Shown in pieces: positions 8,467 through 16,971 of a stretch of 64,000 nt of DNA. How positions within the stretch are numbered: position 1 is the first letter of the stretch; the number at the start of each line of letters is the position of its first letter. This stretch comes from Candidatus Woesearchaeota archaeon (GTDB lineage Archaea > Nanobdellota > Nanobdellia > Pacearchaeales > GW2011-AR1). The DNA lies in the NCBI GenBank assembly GCA_964372205.1, contig CAYJQB010000001.1, positions 13,180 to 77,179 on the forward strand, written 5' to 3'. The notes beneath the pieces are model-generated. The model saw only the letters and a program-made list of their open reading frames with translations. It did not search any database and was not told where the DNA came from. The translations under genes and the position numbers were made by a program.

Positions 8467-8724
8467 TTAAGCAGCAGAGTATTTTCTATCGTAATTTCTA
8501 TCAGCTAGACCTTGTCCAAGACCAAAAGCAAGACTTTCGAAAACACCGCGAGGCCTAGGAATTTGACCTTTCAATTCTCTCTCTTCTTCAACTACCGCAT
8601 TTATACTTGCATCAGACATGAAGAAAATATCTCCATCGTGTCTATGCTCTATATTTGCTTCTCTTCTCCCATTTTGATAAGCTTGTCCTAATCTATCAAC
8701 CCTACATTTTAATCCTTCAAACAT
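8467..8724 (-). CDS. Hypothetical protein (85 aa)
   Basis: ORF only. Confidence 0.35.
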   Translation of the reverse strand: MFEGLKCRVDRLGQAYQNGRREANIEHRHDGDIFFMSDASINAVVEEERELKGQIPRPRGVFESLAFGLGQGLADRNYDRKYSAA

Positions 8725-8804
8725 CTTTGAGTTTAACTTATTTTATTATTAAATATTTGTTGACTGGAAAGTATATTTTTTAGTCCACTCTTGTGCTAAA
8801 ACTT

Positions 8805-8870
8805 CCTGCTTTCGCCTAAAACCTCCAACATAACATATAAGTTCGGGTTAAGATAAATTTAAAAAGTTGA
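8805..8870 (+). promoter_or_regulatory. Repeated promoter/leader element, copy 2
   Basis: CTTTCGCCTAAAACCTCCAACATAACATATAAGTTCGGGTTAAGATAAATTTAAAAAG has a TTTAAA TATA-like box about 30 nt before the ATG at 8887. Confidence 0.5.
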
Positions 8871-8886
8871 ATTATTAAGAAACAAG

Positions 8887-9234
8887 ATGGATAATGGAAG
8901 AATCTTTAGAGCAGCAGGTTGTTTTGCCTTAGCAGCAATATCTTTCAAGACTAGCCAAGTTCTTTATAACGATTTCCTCAATATGCTTGCAGCACATAAT
9001 CCAGACACATCCTTAGTTCATCGAAGAGAAAGCCTTCCTCCACACTATATAGAAAAAATGAGTAATCGAGACTCAGACATTAAGGTTGAAATGGCATTAC
9101 GTGACGTGTTCGGAAGTATTGGAACTCTTGCAGCTTCAAGTTACTTAACTGCCCTCGGTGTTAATTTAGCAACCAGTAGGAGAAGATATGCCCCCGAGAG
9201 AGAACACCCAAGCCAAGGTTTAGAAAATTCTTAA
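8887..9234 (+). CDS. Hypothetical protein (115 aa)
   Basis: ORF downstream of promoter copy 2. Confidence 0.4.
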   Translation: MDNGRIFRAAGCFALAAISFKTSQVLYNDFLNMLAAHNPDTSLVHRRESLPPHYIEKMSNRDSDIKVEMALRDVFGSIGTLAASSYLTALGVNLATSRRRYAPEREHPSQGLENS

Positions 9235-9244
9235 TTTACACGCA

Positions 9245-9300
9245 AAAACCTCCAACATCATAGATAAGTTCGGATTAAGATAAATTTAAAAAGATAAGGT
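9245..9300 (+). promoter_or_regulatory. Repeated promoter/leader element, copy 3
   Basis: AAAACCTCCAACATCATAGATAAGTTCGGATTAAGATAAATTTAAAAAG lies 14 nt before the ATG at 9314. Confidence 0.5.
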
Positions 9301-9313
9301 ATTAAGAAAAAAC

Positions 9314-9736
9314 ATGTCACATCAGATAGGTTCAACGGACAGAGTAACCTTGGAAGGAAGAACTTTCGATGTTGAATTGAGACCCCACCACCGAGGTGAA
9401 ACCTATTCAAAGTGTGAAGTCGACTGCCCGGAGGGATGGCAAATTCCGATTTATTCTCTCTTACAAGGCATGAGAAATAATCCAGAATATAAAGAAAGAT
9501 TTGGTTTACTTATGATCTCCGAGTTTGTCCAAAATCCTGACGAAATCTCAAGACAGAAAGGTCTTGCCGCTTGGTTCTTTGCGAATTCGGCCGGAGCCGG
9601 CCTGAGTTGCTTTAGGGATCCTCAGAACAAAAGTCCTCTGCTCGGGGTACGTTACGCCCGTGAAATTTCTCAAGGACAACCAAATCCCGACAAACCAATA
9701 GATCCAGATGGAACTGGTGATTATCAAACACATTAA
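9314..9736 (+). CDS. Hypothetical protein (140 aa), noticeably more GC-rich than its surroundings
   Basis: ORF downstream of promoter copy 3. GC-rich stretches such as GCGAATTCGGCCGGAGCCGGCCTGAG stand out from the AT-rich neighbourhood. Confidence 0.45.
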   Translation: MSHQIGSTDRVTLEGRTFDVELRPHHRGETYSKCEVDCPEGWQIPIYSLLQGMRNNPEYKERFGLLMISEFVQNPDEISRQKGLAAWFFANSAGAGLSCFRDPQNKSPLLGVRYAREISQGQPNPDKPIDPDGTGDYQTH

Positions 9737-9747
9737 ATCTATAAAAT

Positions 9748-9984
9748 ATGACAAGAAGAAAACCCATAAGAAATCTTTTAGCAATATCTGCAATTGCCTT
9801 AGGAGTTTCTCAACTAGATAACTTCAGACCTGAACTTCACAAAGCATACCAAGAAACGTCTGCAGTAATTAGAGGAGAAAAAACATCTTTCAAAAAAGAG
9901 GACTTCAGTTCGAGAGAAATTCTTGCAGGCACACTTTACACATCAAGTTTATTAGGAGCAATTTATCTAATTACAAGAAAATGA
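9748..9984 (+). CDS. Hypothetical membrane-anchored protein (78 aa)
   Basis: ORF with an N-terminal hydrophobic segment and a C-terminal transmembrane segment. Confidence 0.35.
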   Translation: MTRRKPIRNLLAISAIALGVSQLDNFRPELHKAYQETSAVIRGEKTSFKKEDFSSREILAGTLYTSSLLGAIYLITRK

Positions 9985-10340
9985 GTAACTTAAAAAAAAT
10001 AATCGGACTAGGAACGGCATATACTGCATCATTTGCATTTGGATTTGCAAAAGGAATAAGTGCAGAGCAAGGATTTCCAATAACTGATACTCATTTAGAC
10101 GACACTCTAATGGCAGGGGTTCCATTTCTAAGCGCAATTATCGGAGCTAAAACTTTTCCAACACATTCAGACACCGAACGCGAAATGGAAAGATATCATC
10201 AAAGACCAACAGGAATGGAATACGCCCTCATTTCTGGAGAAAGAGCAGTTGGCGCAGGACTTGGCTTCGTCGGTTCTGTAATATCTCTCGGGTTAGGTTA
10301 TACTTTAGGATACACGGGCTCACATATTTTAAATCGTTAG
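9981..10340 (+). CDS. Hypothetical glycine-rich membrane protein (119 aa)
   Basis: Overlaps the previous ORF (ATGA). It has glycine-zipper-like segments. Confidence 0.4.
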   Translation: MSNLKKIIGLGTAYTASFAFGFAKGISAEQGFPITDTHLDDTLMAGVPFLSAIIGAKTFPTHSDTEREMERYHQRPTGMEYALISGERAVGAGLGFVGSVISLGLGYTLGYTGSHILNR

Positions 10341-10354
10341 AAATATGAATTAAT

Positions 10355-10684
10355 CTAATCTCCTAACGGCTCAAATCTAAAAGTGTCAATAGTATAATAA
10401 TCTCCGATTCTCGTCCAGGGTGTTTCTATTCTCAAGGATGAACCCAACAAACTCTCTGATTCAAGCTGAGCAATTTGTTTACCAATTTCATCGATTTCTT
10501 CAGGTTCCAGTCTTTTGTTTTGGTTAGTGTCAAACCTTTCCATAACACCTGGCCCATACTCTCCGAGTCTTTGAGCATATTTGTCCCGATTCGAGTCTAA
10601 CGCGTAAGTCACGATTATGGAAGAAGTTAAAGCAGCCACAGCTATAATTCCGTTATTAGCTGTCAGAATTCTCGGTATTTTCAT
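10355..10684 (-). CDS. Secreted protein with an EF-hand-like calcium-binding loop
   Basis: A signal-peptide-like N-terminus (MKIPRILTANNGIIAVAALTSS). The loop DTNQNKRLEPEE matches the 12-residue EF-hand pattern (D1, N3, N5, E12). Confidence 0.4.
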   Translation of the reverse strand: MKIPRILTANNGIIAVAALTSSIIVTYALDSNRDKYAQRLGEYGPGVMERFDTNQNKRLEPEEIDEIGKQIAQLESESLLGSSLRIETPWTRIGDYYTIDTFRFEPLGD

Positions 10685-10718
10685 GGATTGTTTTAAGATG
10701 AGAAGTTTTTAACGATTT

Positions 10719-11153
10719 CTATGCAACAGCGCCAGCCAATCCAAAGTTAGAATCTTCACAGTCCTCCTCGTTTCTCCTTGCCATGATTTTTCTTAATCTT
10801 TTAGACATGTTCTTCTTTCTTATAGCCCTGTTACATCCTTCTACAAAGCAATGATAATCTGTAATTGTTGCAGGAATTGTATTTGAACGTTCTGGCTCAA
10901 TTTCCGCACCGTTGGCGCCCAAATCATAGACTCGTCCATTCACTGGAAGAGTTTCAATTTCTATTCTATCGTGTTCACCAAGAATTTTCCTTTTAATCAT
11001 TCGCTCACCCAAAGCAAGAGCAGAGCCATTTGGATCCTCATAGGTTTTTCCGTTAACCAAGCAATAAGCAACTCTTCTATCAGCTAATCCAAGATTTTCA
11101 GAAGGAACACGTTCAAAATAAAGAAGCACTCTGCGAGATTTATCGCGCCCCAT
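10719..11153 (-). CDS. Hypothetical protein (144 aa)
   Basis: ORF with a possible Cys/His cluster (HCFVEGC). Composition is GC-richer than the neighbours. Confidence 0.35.
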   Translation of the reverse strand: MGRDKSRRVLLYFERVPSENLGLADRRVAYCLVNGKTYEDPNGSALALGERMIKRKILGEHDRIEIETLPVNGRVYDLGANGAEIEPERSNTIPATITDYHCFVEGCNRAIRKKNMSKRLRKIMARRNEEDCEDSNFGLAGAVA

Positions 11154-11203
11154 TTTAATAACCTTCAGAAATCTACATTTTTAATGATATCGGTGCTGTA
11201 AAA

Positions 11204-12811
11204 CTATTTCCTAACAAAATCCCTAAGGACTTTCAAAACTTCTTCTCTTTTTGAAGGAAGGAATGTAATGCTTCCTGCATTTTTATGCCCTCCACCGTCG
11301 GCAAAAGAGTCTTTCACTTTTTTGTTAATCTCTTTTATAAGTTCATGAACTGAAAAGTCTGCCTTGTCTGTAGCACGGATTGTTATAGCAGTGTTCATTA
11401 CTCCGACAGTAACAACCGCATCAAGTTTTTTATCTTTTTGAATAAAATCGTGCACAAGTCCAACCGCTCTTCCAGGTTTAGGAAAGAATCCAAATCCAGG
11501 AAACGTTTTGTCTATGTCTATTAATTGAAGAGTAACCCTTCCAAGCTTTTCAATTTGTGCCCCAGATTTTGCGATTTCAAGTCCCTTCTTATCTAGCTCA
11601 TTTATATATGGTGCCATAAGTTCGACAAGCTTCTTTTGTTGAGCTCTTGGTTCTCCAAAAATTATTTCTATATATTCTCTAGCTTCCATGAATTTCAATT
11701 TGGCAGAAACAAAATCTATCACCGTCGCTATATTTCCCAAAAGTTCTTTTGAATATCCCATCTCCTTTGCAAGTTTCAAATACTGATTTACAGCATCAGA
11801 GTTCAGTAAATCAATTCTGTCTGCAATTCCAGCCATCGCTGCTATCTGTTCAATATTTTCTACTTCGTAAATCATTCTAGCAAGTTCTGCGCACAACATT
11901 CCTGCAGAGAATTTTTGTCCATCTTCTCCAACTAGAAAAGGATTGACGTGTACAAGCACCTCACCACTAATAACATCCTCATCAAAATAGTGATGGTCTA
12001 TAACTATGAAATCCATCCCATGAACTTTTCCCTGTTTTATTCCCATTAAGTCTTCAGAGCTAGATCCGTTGTCAGCAATAACAACCAGGGGCATTTTATT
12101 TGAGAATTTTGCAACGTTCCTTAAAGAATTTGCAGTATCTCTTATAGAATCATCTATTTCATAGAAAGGTGCAGAGCAAGGAGCTCTTGTGTAAAACTCC
12201 CAAGCGCTTTTTCCTCCTCCGTGTTGCTGTTCTACTAATGGAATAATCGCTTTTTCAAGAGAATATCCTGCAGAATATCCATCGGCGTCGTTGTGATGTC
12301 TTACAATTATCGGGCGATTTTGCATTACTGCTAGTTTAATTTCCATTGCAGCCTTCATCATACTAGGTCTTAACTTATCTAATATTTCGCTGTCTATCAT
12401 AAATTCAACATCTCTTGCCTTAGATCTTTCACGCAATATATCTTGCATTTTTTCAGACAAAATTTCTTTTTCTTCAGAAGACAATTTTTTCATAGAAATT
12501 ATCTCGCCTTCCAAAGCATTGTTATATTCATTGATTTTAACCTTTGCAGAAATATAATCTTCAGCATTCACTTCAGGATAGGATCTCTCCCCCGGCTTGC
12601 TTGCAAATCCTTTGAGCATGAAGCTTGCAGTTCCATCACTGACAGAGAATAATGTAGGTCCAGAAGTCTGACTAACACTGTCAGTAACACACTCAAGCAG
12701 TAATACTTTTCCGATAGAGTTCCTGTCTATTTTGTCAAGAGTGCTCGATTTTGCTTCCTGGCCAGGTCTAGGCCTGAAATTTTGATTTTTCTTTTTTTGA
12801 TTCATTTTCAT
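11204..12811 (-). CDS. RecJ-like DHH/DHHA1 phosphoesterase (archaeal GAN/RecJ/Cdc45-like nuclease) with an N-terminal OB-like extension
   Basis: DHH family motifs RHHNDADG and VIDHHYF are present, and the C-terminal GGGHKNAGS is the DHHA1 motif. A non-catalytic N-terminal domain of about 150 aa precedes them. Confidence 0.8.
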   Translation of the reverse strand: MKMNQKKKNQNFRPRPGQEAKSSTLDKIDRNSIGKVLLLECVTDSVSQTSGPTLFSVSDGTASFMLKGFASKPGERSYPEVNAEDYISAKVKINEYNNALEGEIISMKKLSSEEKEILSEKMQDILRERSKARDVEFMIDSEILDKLRPSMMKAAMEIKLAVMQNRPIIVRHHNDADGYSAGYSLEKAIIPLVEQQHGGGKSAWEFYTRAPCSAPFYEIDDSIRDTANSLRNVAKFSNKMPLVVIADNGSSSEDLMGIKQGKVHGMDFIVIDHHYFDEDVISGEVLVHVNPFLVGEDGQKFSAGMLCAELARMIYEVENIEQIAAMAGIADRIDLLNSDAVNQYLKLAKEMGYSKELLGNIATVIDFVSAKLKFMEAREYIEIIFGEPRAQQKKLVELMAPYINELDKKGLEIAKSGAQIEKLGRVTLQLIDIDKTFPGFGFFPKPGRAVGLVHDFIQKDKKLDAVVTVGVMNTAITIRATDKADFSVHELIKEINKKVKDSFADGGGHKNAGSITFLPSKREEVLKVLRDFVRK

Positions 12812-12894
12812 TCTAATAACTACCTCATTAAAAATCTTTGTAAGATTCTTTTCTAATATACGAAATAATAAAAAAATAAATTTTTTATGCTAAT

Positions 12895-13089
12895 TTAATA
12901 GCCTCGCTTTTTCTTAAAGCAGTCCCTACAGTAAACTGGTTTTCCTTCTGTTGGTTTAAAAGGAACTTCACATTCCTGTTTACATTCGGCACAGATTGCT
13001 TTATGCATTTCTCTAGGTTTAAATGGTCCAGAATTTCTTCTGAAGCCGTTTCCACCTTGGTGTCTTGGTCCGTCAAATTGTCTATCCAT
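12895..13089 (-). CDS. CxxC-x17-CxxC zinc-ribbon protein (64 aa)
   Basis: CAECKQECEVPFKPTEGKPVYCRDCF follows a Gly/Arg-rich N-terminus (GGNGFRRNSGP). Confidence 0.55.
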   Translation of the reverse strand: MDRQFDGPRHQGGNGFRRNSGPFKPREMHKAICAECKQECEVPFKPTEGKPVYCRDCFKKKRGY

Positions 13090-13116
13090 GTTTCCTCCCT
13101 TATATTTTATTAAGCA

Positions 13117-13563
13117 TTATTTAGAATTAGGCTCAATCTCCACTACCTTTATTTTAAAAATAAGTGCCTTTCCTGCCAAAGGGTGATTTAAGTCTACAGT
13201 TACTTCTGTTTCACTAACTTCTACTATCTTCACAGGAAACTGCCTTCCATCAGGACTCTGTAAAACTAACATCATTCCCTTCTCAGGTTCTCTGTCCTTT
13301 GGAAGAGCTTCTCTAGGGATTTTTTGGACCAAATCATCTTTAATCTCCCCATAGGCTTCTTCAGCAGAAAGCTTGAATTCTTTCTCTTCTCCAAGCTCCA
13401 TGCCCTCAATTGCCTTTTCAAAACCATTTATAACCTGGCCATTTCCTGCAACAAATTCAAGAGGATGAGAATGGTCTCCATGCGTAGATGAATCAAAAAC
13501 AGTGCCGTCTTCCAGCTTCCCTTCGTATTCTACTTTTACTTTATTTCCTTTCGCAACTTTCAT
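13117..13563 (-). CDS. FKBP-type peptidyl-prolyl cis-trans isomerase (SlyD-like)
   Basis: MKVAKGNKVKVEYEGKLEDGTVFDSS...PLEFVAGNGQVINGFEKAIEGM is the canonical FKBP fold signature, with an insert-in-flap domain. Confidence 0.85.
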   Translation of the reverse strand: MKVAKGNKVKVEYEGKLEDGTVFDSSTHGDHSHPLEFVAGNGQVINGFEKAIEGMELGEEKEFKLSAEEAYGEIKDDLVQKIPREALPKDREPEKGMMLVLQSPDGRQFPVKIVEVSETEVTVDLNHPLAGKALIFKIKVVEIEPNSK

Positions 13564-13675
13564 TCTTACTAAGAATAAGCCTTCTTATTCTCTCACAATG
13601 CCAAAAAACAGGCTTATTTAAGTGTTTGCATTAAGAAAACGTAGCCTTTAATTAATCTAAAATACTCAGAAAGCC

Positions 13676-14800
13676 ATGAACTCAAAAATCTTATTTGTCT
13701 CTGCAGGAGGGATTTTGGTGATAGCAATAATTTTCTCCTTTTTGATATCTTCAGTAAATTCTTCCCCAGATTCTTCAGATTCTGCAAATTTAGAAGCTTG
13801 TCAAACGCTTTATTACAATGGAGATGACAGAATCAACCTTCTCTTTTTCGGAAATTCTAGACGAGTCAAGGAGTATGCAGATTTCCTTCTATCTTCGGAA
13901 CCCTTTGCAGAAAAGAGAGAATCTTTCAATGTTTACTATATAGATGAAAAAGACTATACCCCTGATTGTGGCAAGCTGTACAAGGGTGTAGCAGTTCTTT
14001 GTCATTCGAAAGATTTGATAAAAAAAGCAGCATCTTGTCCGAATGATTACATCTTCGTTCTAAAAGAAGCAGACCCTGAAATAAGGAGCACAGCCTATCA
14101 ACAAGTAGCAACACTTAACACTAATGTTCTTTCTACAGTCATCCTACATGAGTTTGGGCATCTTTTTGCAAATCTTGCCGAAGAATACGTTCCAGCAAGG
14201 CTATCTCCTTCTGCACAAAATTGTCAGGCGGAATGTGCAGATTTTGAACTTTCGGATGGTTGCTTCGAAGGATGCTCAAGAACAAACTATTACAGGTCAA
14301 TAGAAAATGGAGTTATGAAATCTTTGTTATCGAAAGACTTCGGAAAACTAAACAACAATCTAATAAGTAAAAAGATCACAGAAAACCAAAAAGCATCTCT
14401 AACGGGGCTGGCGATATCAGATGTTGATTATTGCAATGAAGAAGAATATCTCTTGATAGAAGGAGTCGTTGAGTACGGGCAGGTAACCATTACAGAAAAA
14501 ACCCTGGAAAATGGATGTTTAGGTTCAAACGGTGAAGGCTACGAAAAATATCAACTAATTTCTCCAGAAGGTTCAATTATATTTGAAGGAAGAACTCAAA
14601 TTAATCAGATTTTTACAGATACACAGTTGGATGGCGATTCACAGATTACTGGAGAGATATTTGTTGCAGACGATCAACAGGTATTCTTTAGAATACCTTC
14701 AGACACGGGCGCAGAAATAATCAACTTCATTGATGAATCAGGAAATTCAATTGGTAAAACAAATTTATTTGATATTGGGGGAAGAGCATGTCAAATTTGA
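13676..14800 (+). CDS. Secreted or membrane-anchored zinc metalloprotease-like protein (HExxH)
   Basis: An N-terminal signal/transmembrane segment, then the ILHEFGHLFANLAEEY zincin motif. The protein is cysteine-rich. Confidence 0.5.
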   Translation: MNSKILFVSAGGILVIAIIFSFLISSVNSSPDSSDSANLEACQTLYYNGDDRINLLFFGNSRRVKEYADFLLSSEPFAEKRESFNVYYIDEKDYTPDCGKLYKGVAVLCHSKDLIKKAASCPNDYIFVLKEADPEIRSTAYQQVATLNTNVLSTVILHEFGHLFANLAEEYVPARLSPSAQNCQAECADFELSDGCFEGCSRTNYYRSIENGVMKSLLSKDFGKLNNNLISKKITENQKASLTGLAISDVDYCNEEEYLLIEGVVEYGQVTITEKTLENGCLGSNGEGYEKYQLISPEGSIIFEGRTQINQIFTDTQLDGDSQITGEIFVADDQQVFFRIPSDTGAEIINFIDESGNSIGKTNLFDIGGRACQI

Positions 14801-15228
14801 ACAGGAGGGGAGTCTCAAACCTAGTTGCTGCAGTAGTTTTAATTCTTGTAGGAATAGTTTCTGTAACTATCGTTTTCATATCTCTCAACTCATTTGCTGC
14901 AAAACTATCTCCACAATTATCCTGTACGGAATTGGAAATAAAGAACAGTCTAAGAATCGAATCAGCCTGCTACAATTCTTTGTCGAACGAGATAGAGATA
15001 ATAGTAGACAGAGGCATTCAAGATGATGTCTCAATAGTCAGGCTTGAATTCACAGGAGCAGGACTTGACTGGCTATGTGGAGGATCTTGCAGTTCAGATT
15101 GTAATGTTCTCGAGACAGGAAGCTCAAAAAAATATTATCTTTCGCTGGAAGGAAGAAGTCTTCCAGAGGAGATTGTGTTAGCAGTCAATGGCTGTAGCTT
15201 AGTTTCTTCAAAAATAGATATCTGCTAG
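14788..15228 (+). CDS. Archaeal type IV pilin-like protein (class III signal peptide)
   Basis: The N-terminus NRRG/VSNLVAAVVLILVGIVSV matches a prepilin peptidase site followed by a hydrophobic helix. The C-terminal half is cysteine-rich. Its start overlaps the protease gene. Confidence 0.55.
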   Translation: MSNLNRRGVSNLVAAVVLILVGIVSVTIVFISLNSFAAKLSPQLSCTELEIKNSLRIESACYNSLSNEIEIIVDRGIQDDVSIVRLEFTGAGLDWLCGGSCSSDCNVLETGSSKKYYLSLEGRSLPEEIVLAVNGCSLVSSKIDIC

Positions 15229-15291
15229 GAGAACCCTTTTAACCACAAATCTTTAAATAAACACCCAATTAAGTTAATAAAAGAGGAAAAA

Positions 15292-16107
15292 ATGCAGGTC
15301 TTAGAAAAGCTAAAATCAGAGTTGAAGTTAAGGGGTTTCTCTCCCATGACTGTTCGCAACTATGCTTTTTTTGTGGACAAATTTATGAAATTCTCTAATA
15401 AAGACCCTACAGAATTAACAGAAGACGACGCAAAACTTTATCTCTCAGAGTTGTTCGAAACAAAATCAAAGAATACTATTATGCTTGCTGCAGCCGCGTT
15501 AAAATTCTTTTTTGGAGAAATACTAAAAAAGGATTTTTCAGGAGTAAAAGTTCCAAAAAAAGATAAGAAGCTTCCAGAAGTTCTTACAAGGGATGAGGTG
15601 AAAAAACTAATTGATTCAACAGATACAAAAAAATCGAAATTGATAATCTCTCTTTTATATTCCTCTGGGCTTAGAGTCTCAGAAATTGTAAGTCTGAAAC
15701 CTAGCGATATAGATTTTGAAGAAAATGTCGGATGGGTAAGAAAAGGAAAAGGATCAAAGGATAGAGTGTTTGTTCTAGCAGATTCATTATCAAAAGAAAT
15801 AACGGATTATATGAAAAAAAGAGCTGACAACAAATATGTCTTCTCAAAAAATCAACCACTCACTACAAGAAATATTCAAAAAATAGTTAAAAATGTTAGA
15901 GAGAAAGCAGGGATTTCAAAAAAGATTACTCCTCACACACTAAGACACAGCTTCGCAACTCATCTTTTGGAGGGCGGGACGGATATTAGGCTGATTCAGA
16001 CTCTTCTAGGACACTCTTCACTAAACACCACTCAGATATACACGCACGTGTCATCTGACCAATTGAAGAAGGTTGCGAATCCTTACGATTCTCTCACGAC
16101 TAAATAA
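15292..16107 (+). CDS. xerA: Tyrosine site-specific recombinase XerA
   Basis: The C-terminal catalytic region HTLRHSFATHLLEGGTDIRLIQTLLGHSSLNTTQIYTHV holds the R...HxxR...Y residues. The N-terminal core-binding domain is present. Confidence 0.85.
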   Translation: MQVLEKLKSELKLRGFSPMTVRNYAFFVDKFMKFSNKDPTELTEDDAKLYLSELFETKSKNTIMLAAAALKFFFGEILKKDFSGVKVPKKDKKLPEVLTRDEVKKLIDSTDTKKSKLIISLLYSSGLRVSEIVSLKPSDIDFEENVGWVRKGKGSKDRVFVLADSLSKEITDYMKKRADNKYVFSKNQPLTTRNIQKIVKNVREKAGISKKITPHTLRHSFATHLLEGGTDIRLIQTLLGHSSLNTTQIYTHVSSDQLKKVANPYDSLTTK

Positions 16108-16158
16108 TTTTTAACAAATTTTCTAAAAATTTAGTTTTTTAAAATAAAAATTAGATAT

Positions 16159-16569
16159 CTATCTGTAAGAAGTCTGTCTTTTAGCTCTTGCCTTAGAATC
16201 TCCAGGTTTGTAAGCTTCCTTTCTTCTTTTATCTGCAACAAGAATATTTCTGTCATATTCTATGAAAGCTTTCTTCAATTCCGAAGAGTTTGTAAACAAA
16301 ACAAGTGCCTTTGCAATTCCTTGCCTTCCAGCTTCCACTTGTGCTTCCTTGCCACCGCCAGAAGCATGTATTTGAACATCAAATTTGAAATCACCTAAAA
16401 TCTTTTTACCTATCTCAACAGGTTCTTGGAGAGCCAATCTGTGGAATATTCCAAGATTTTCATAAGGCAGACCATTGTAAATTATTTTTCCATTTCCTTC
16501 AGATAATCTTACTTTAGCAACTGCAGTTTTTCTTCTTCCTGAAGTGAAAATTATTTTTTCTTTATTCAT
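16159..16569 (-). CDS. rps9: 30S ribosomal protein S9 (uS9)
   Basis: GRRKTAVAKV...HASGGGKEAQ...KRQTSYR is the S9 signature. Gene order L18e-L13-S9 is conserved. Confidence 0.9.
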   Translation of the reverse strand: MNKEKIIFTSGRRKTAVAKVRLSEGNGKIIYNGLPYENLGIFHRLALQEPVEIGKKILGDFKFDVQIHASGGGKEAQVEAGRQGIAKALVLFTNSSELKKAFIEYDRNILVADKRRKEAYKPGDSKARAKRQTSYR

Positions 16570-16971
16570 TTAAATCTCCTTGCTTAACTTACCAAGTTTA
16601 ATTGTTTTAGTTTTCTTTTCCTTTCCAGCAAGTATCTTTTTAACATCTTTAAATTCATCAGGAGTCTGGTTGTAACATCTAACTCTCTTTAAAGCAGACA
16701 ACCCTCTCGCTTGCCTATGGGATAGCATTCCTCTTATAGTTCTCTTAAGAATTTTTTCAGGACTTTTATGAAGATAAGGTCCTTGTAAGTTTGCGCTGCC
16801 AAGAGTTCTCGTATACTGATATTCCTCAATGGTTGTTCTTGGGTTACCGGTAATGATAGCTTCCTCACAATTCACAATAGTTACTTTTTTACCAAGCAAA
16901 GCTTGTTTAGCAGCGTAACTAGCCAATCTTCCCAACACTGCTCCACTAGCATCAATAACTAAATCTTTCAT
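16570..16971 (-). CDS. rpl13: 50S ribosomal protein L13 (uL13)
   Basis: LVIDASGAVLGRLAS...GMLSHRQARG, in conserved operon context. Confidence 0.9.
   Translation of the reverse strand: MKDLVIDASGAVLGRLASYAAKQALLGKKVTIVNCEEAIITGNPRTTIEEYQYTRTLGSANLQGPYLHKSPEKILKRTIRGMLSHRQARGLSALKRVRCYNQTPDEFKDVKKILAGKEKKTKTIKLGKLSKEI

Noticed and set aside
12885-13076. Alternative 63-aa frame overlapping the zinc-ribbon gene
   Set aside because: It is out of frame with the Cys-motif ORF, which is the one showing a conserved CxxC...CxxC pattern. Only one of the two can be real.
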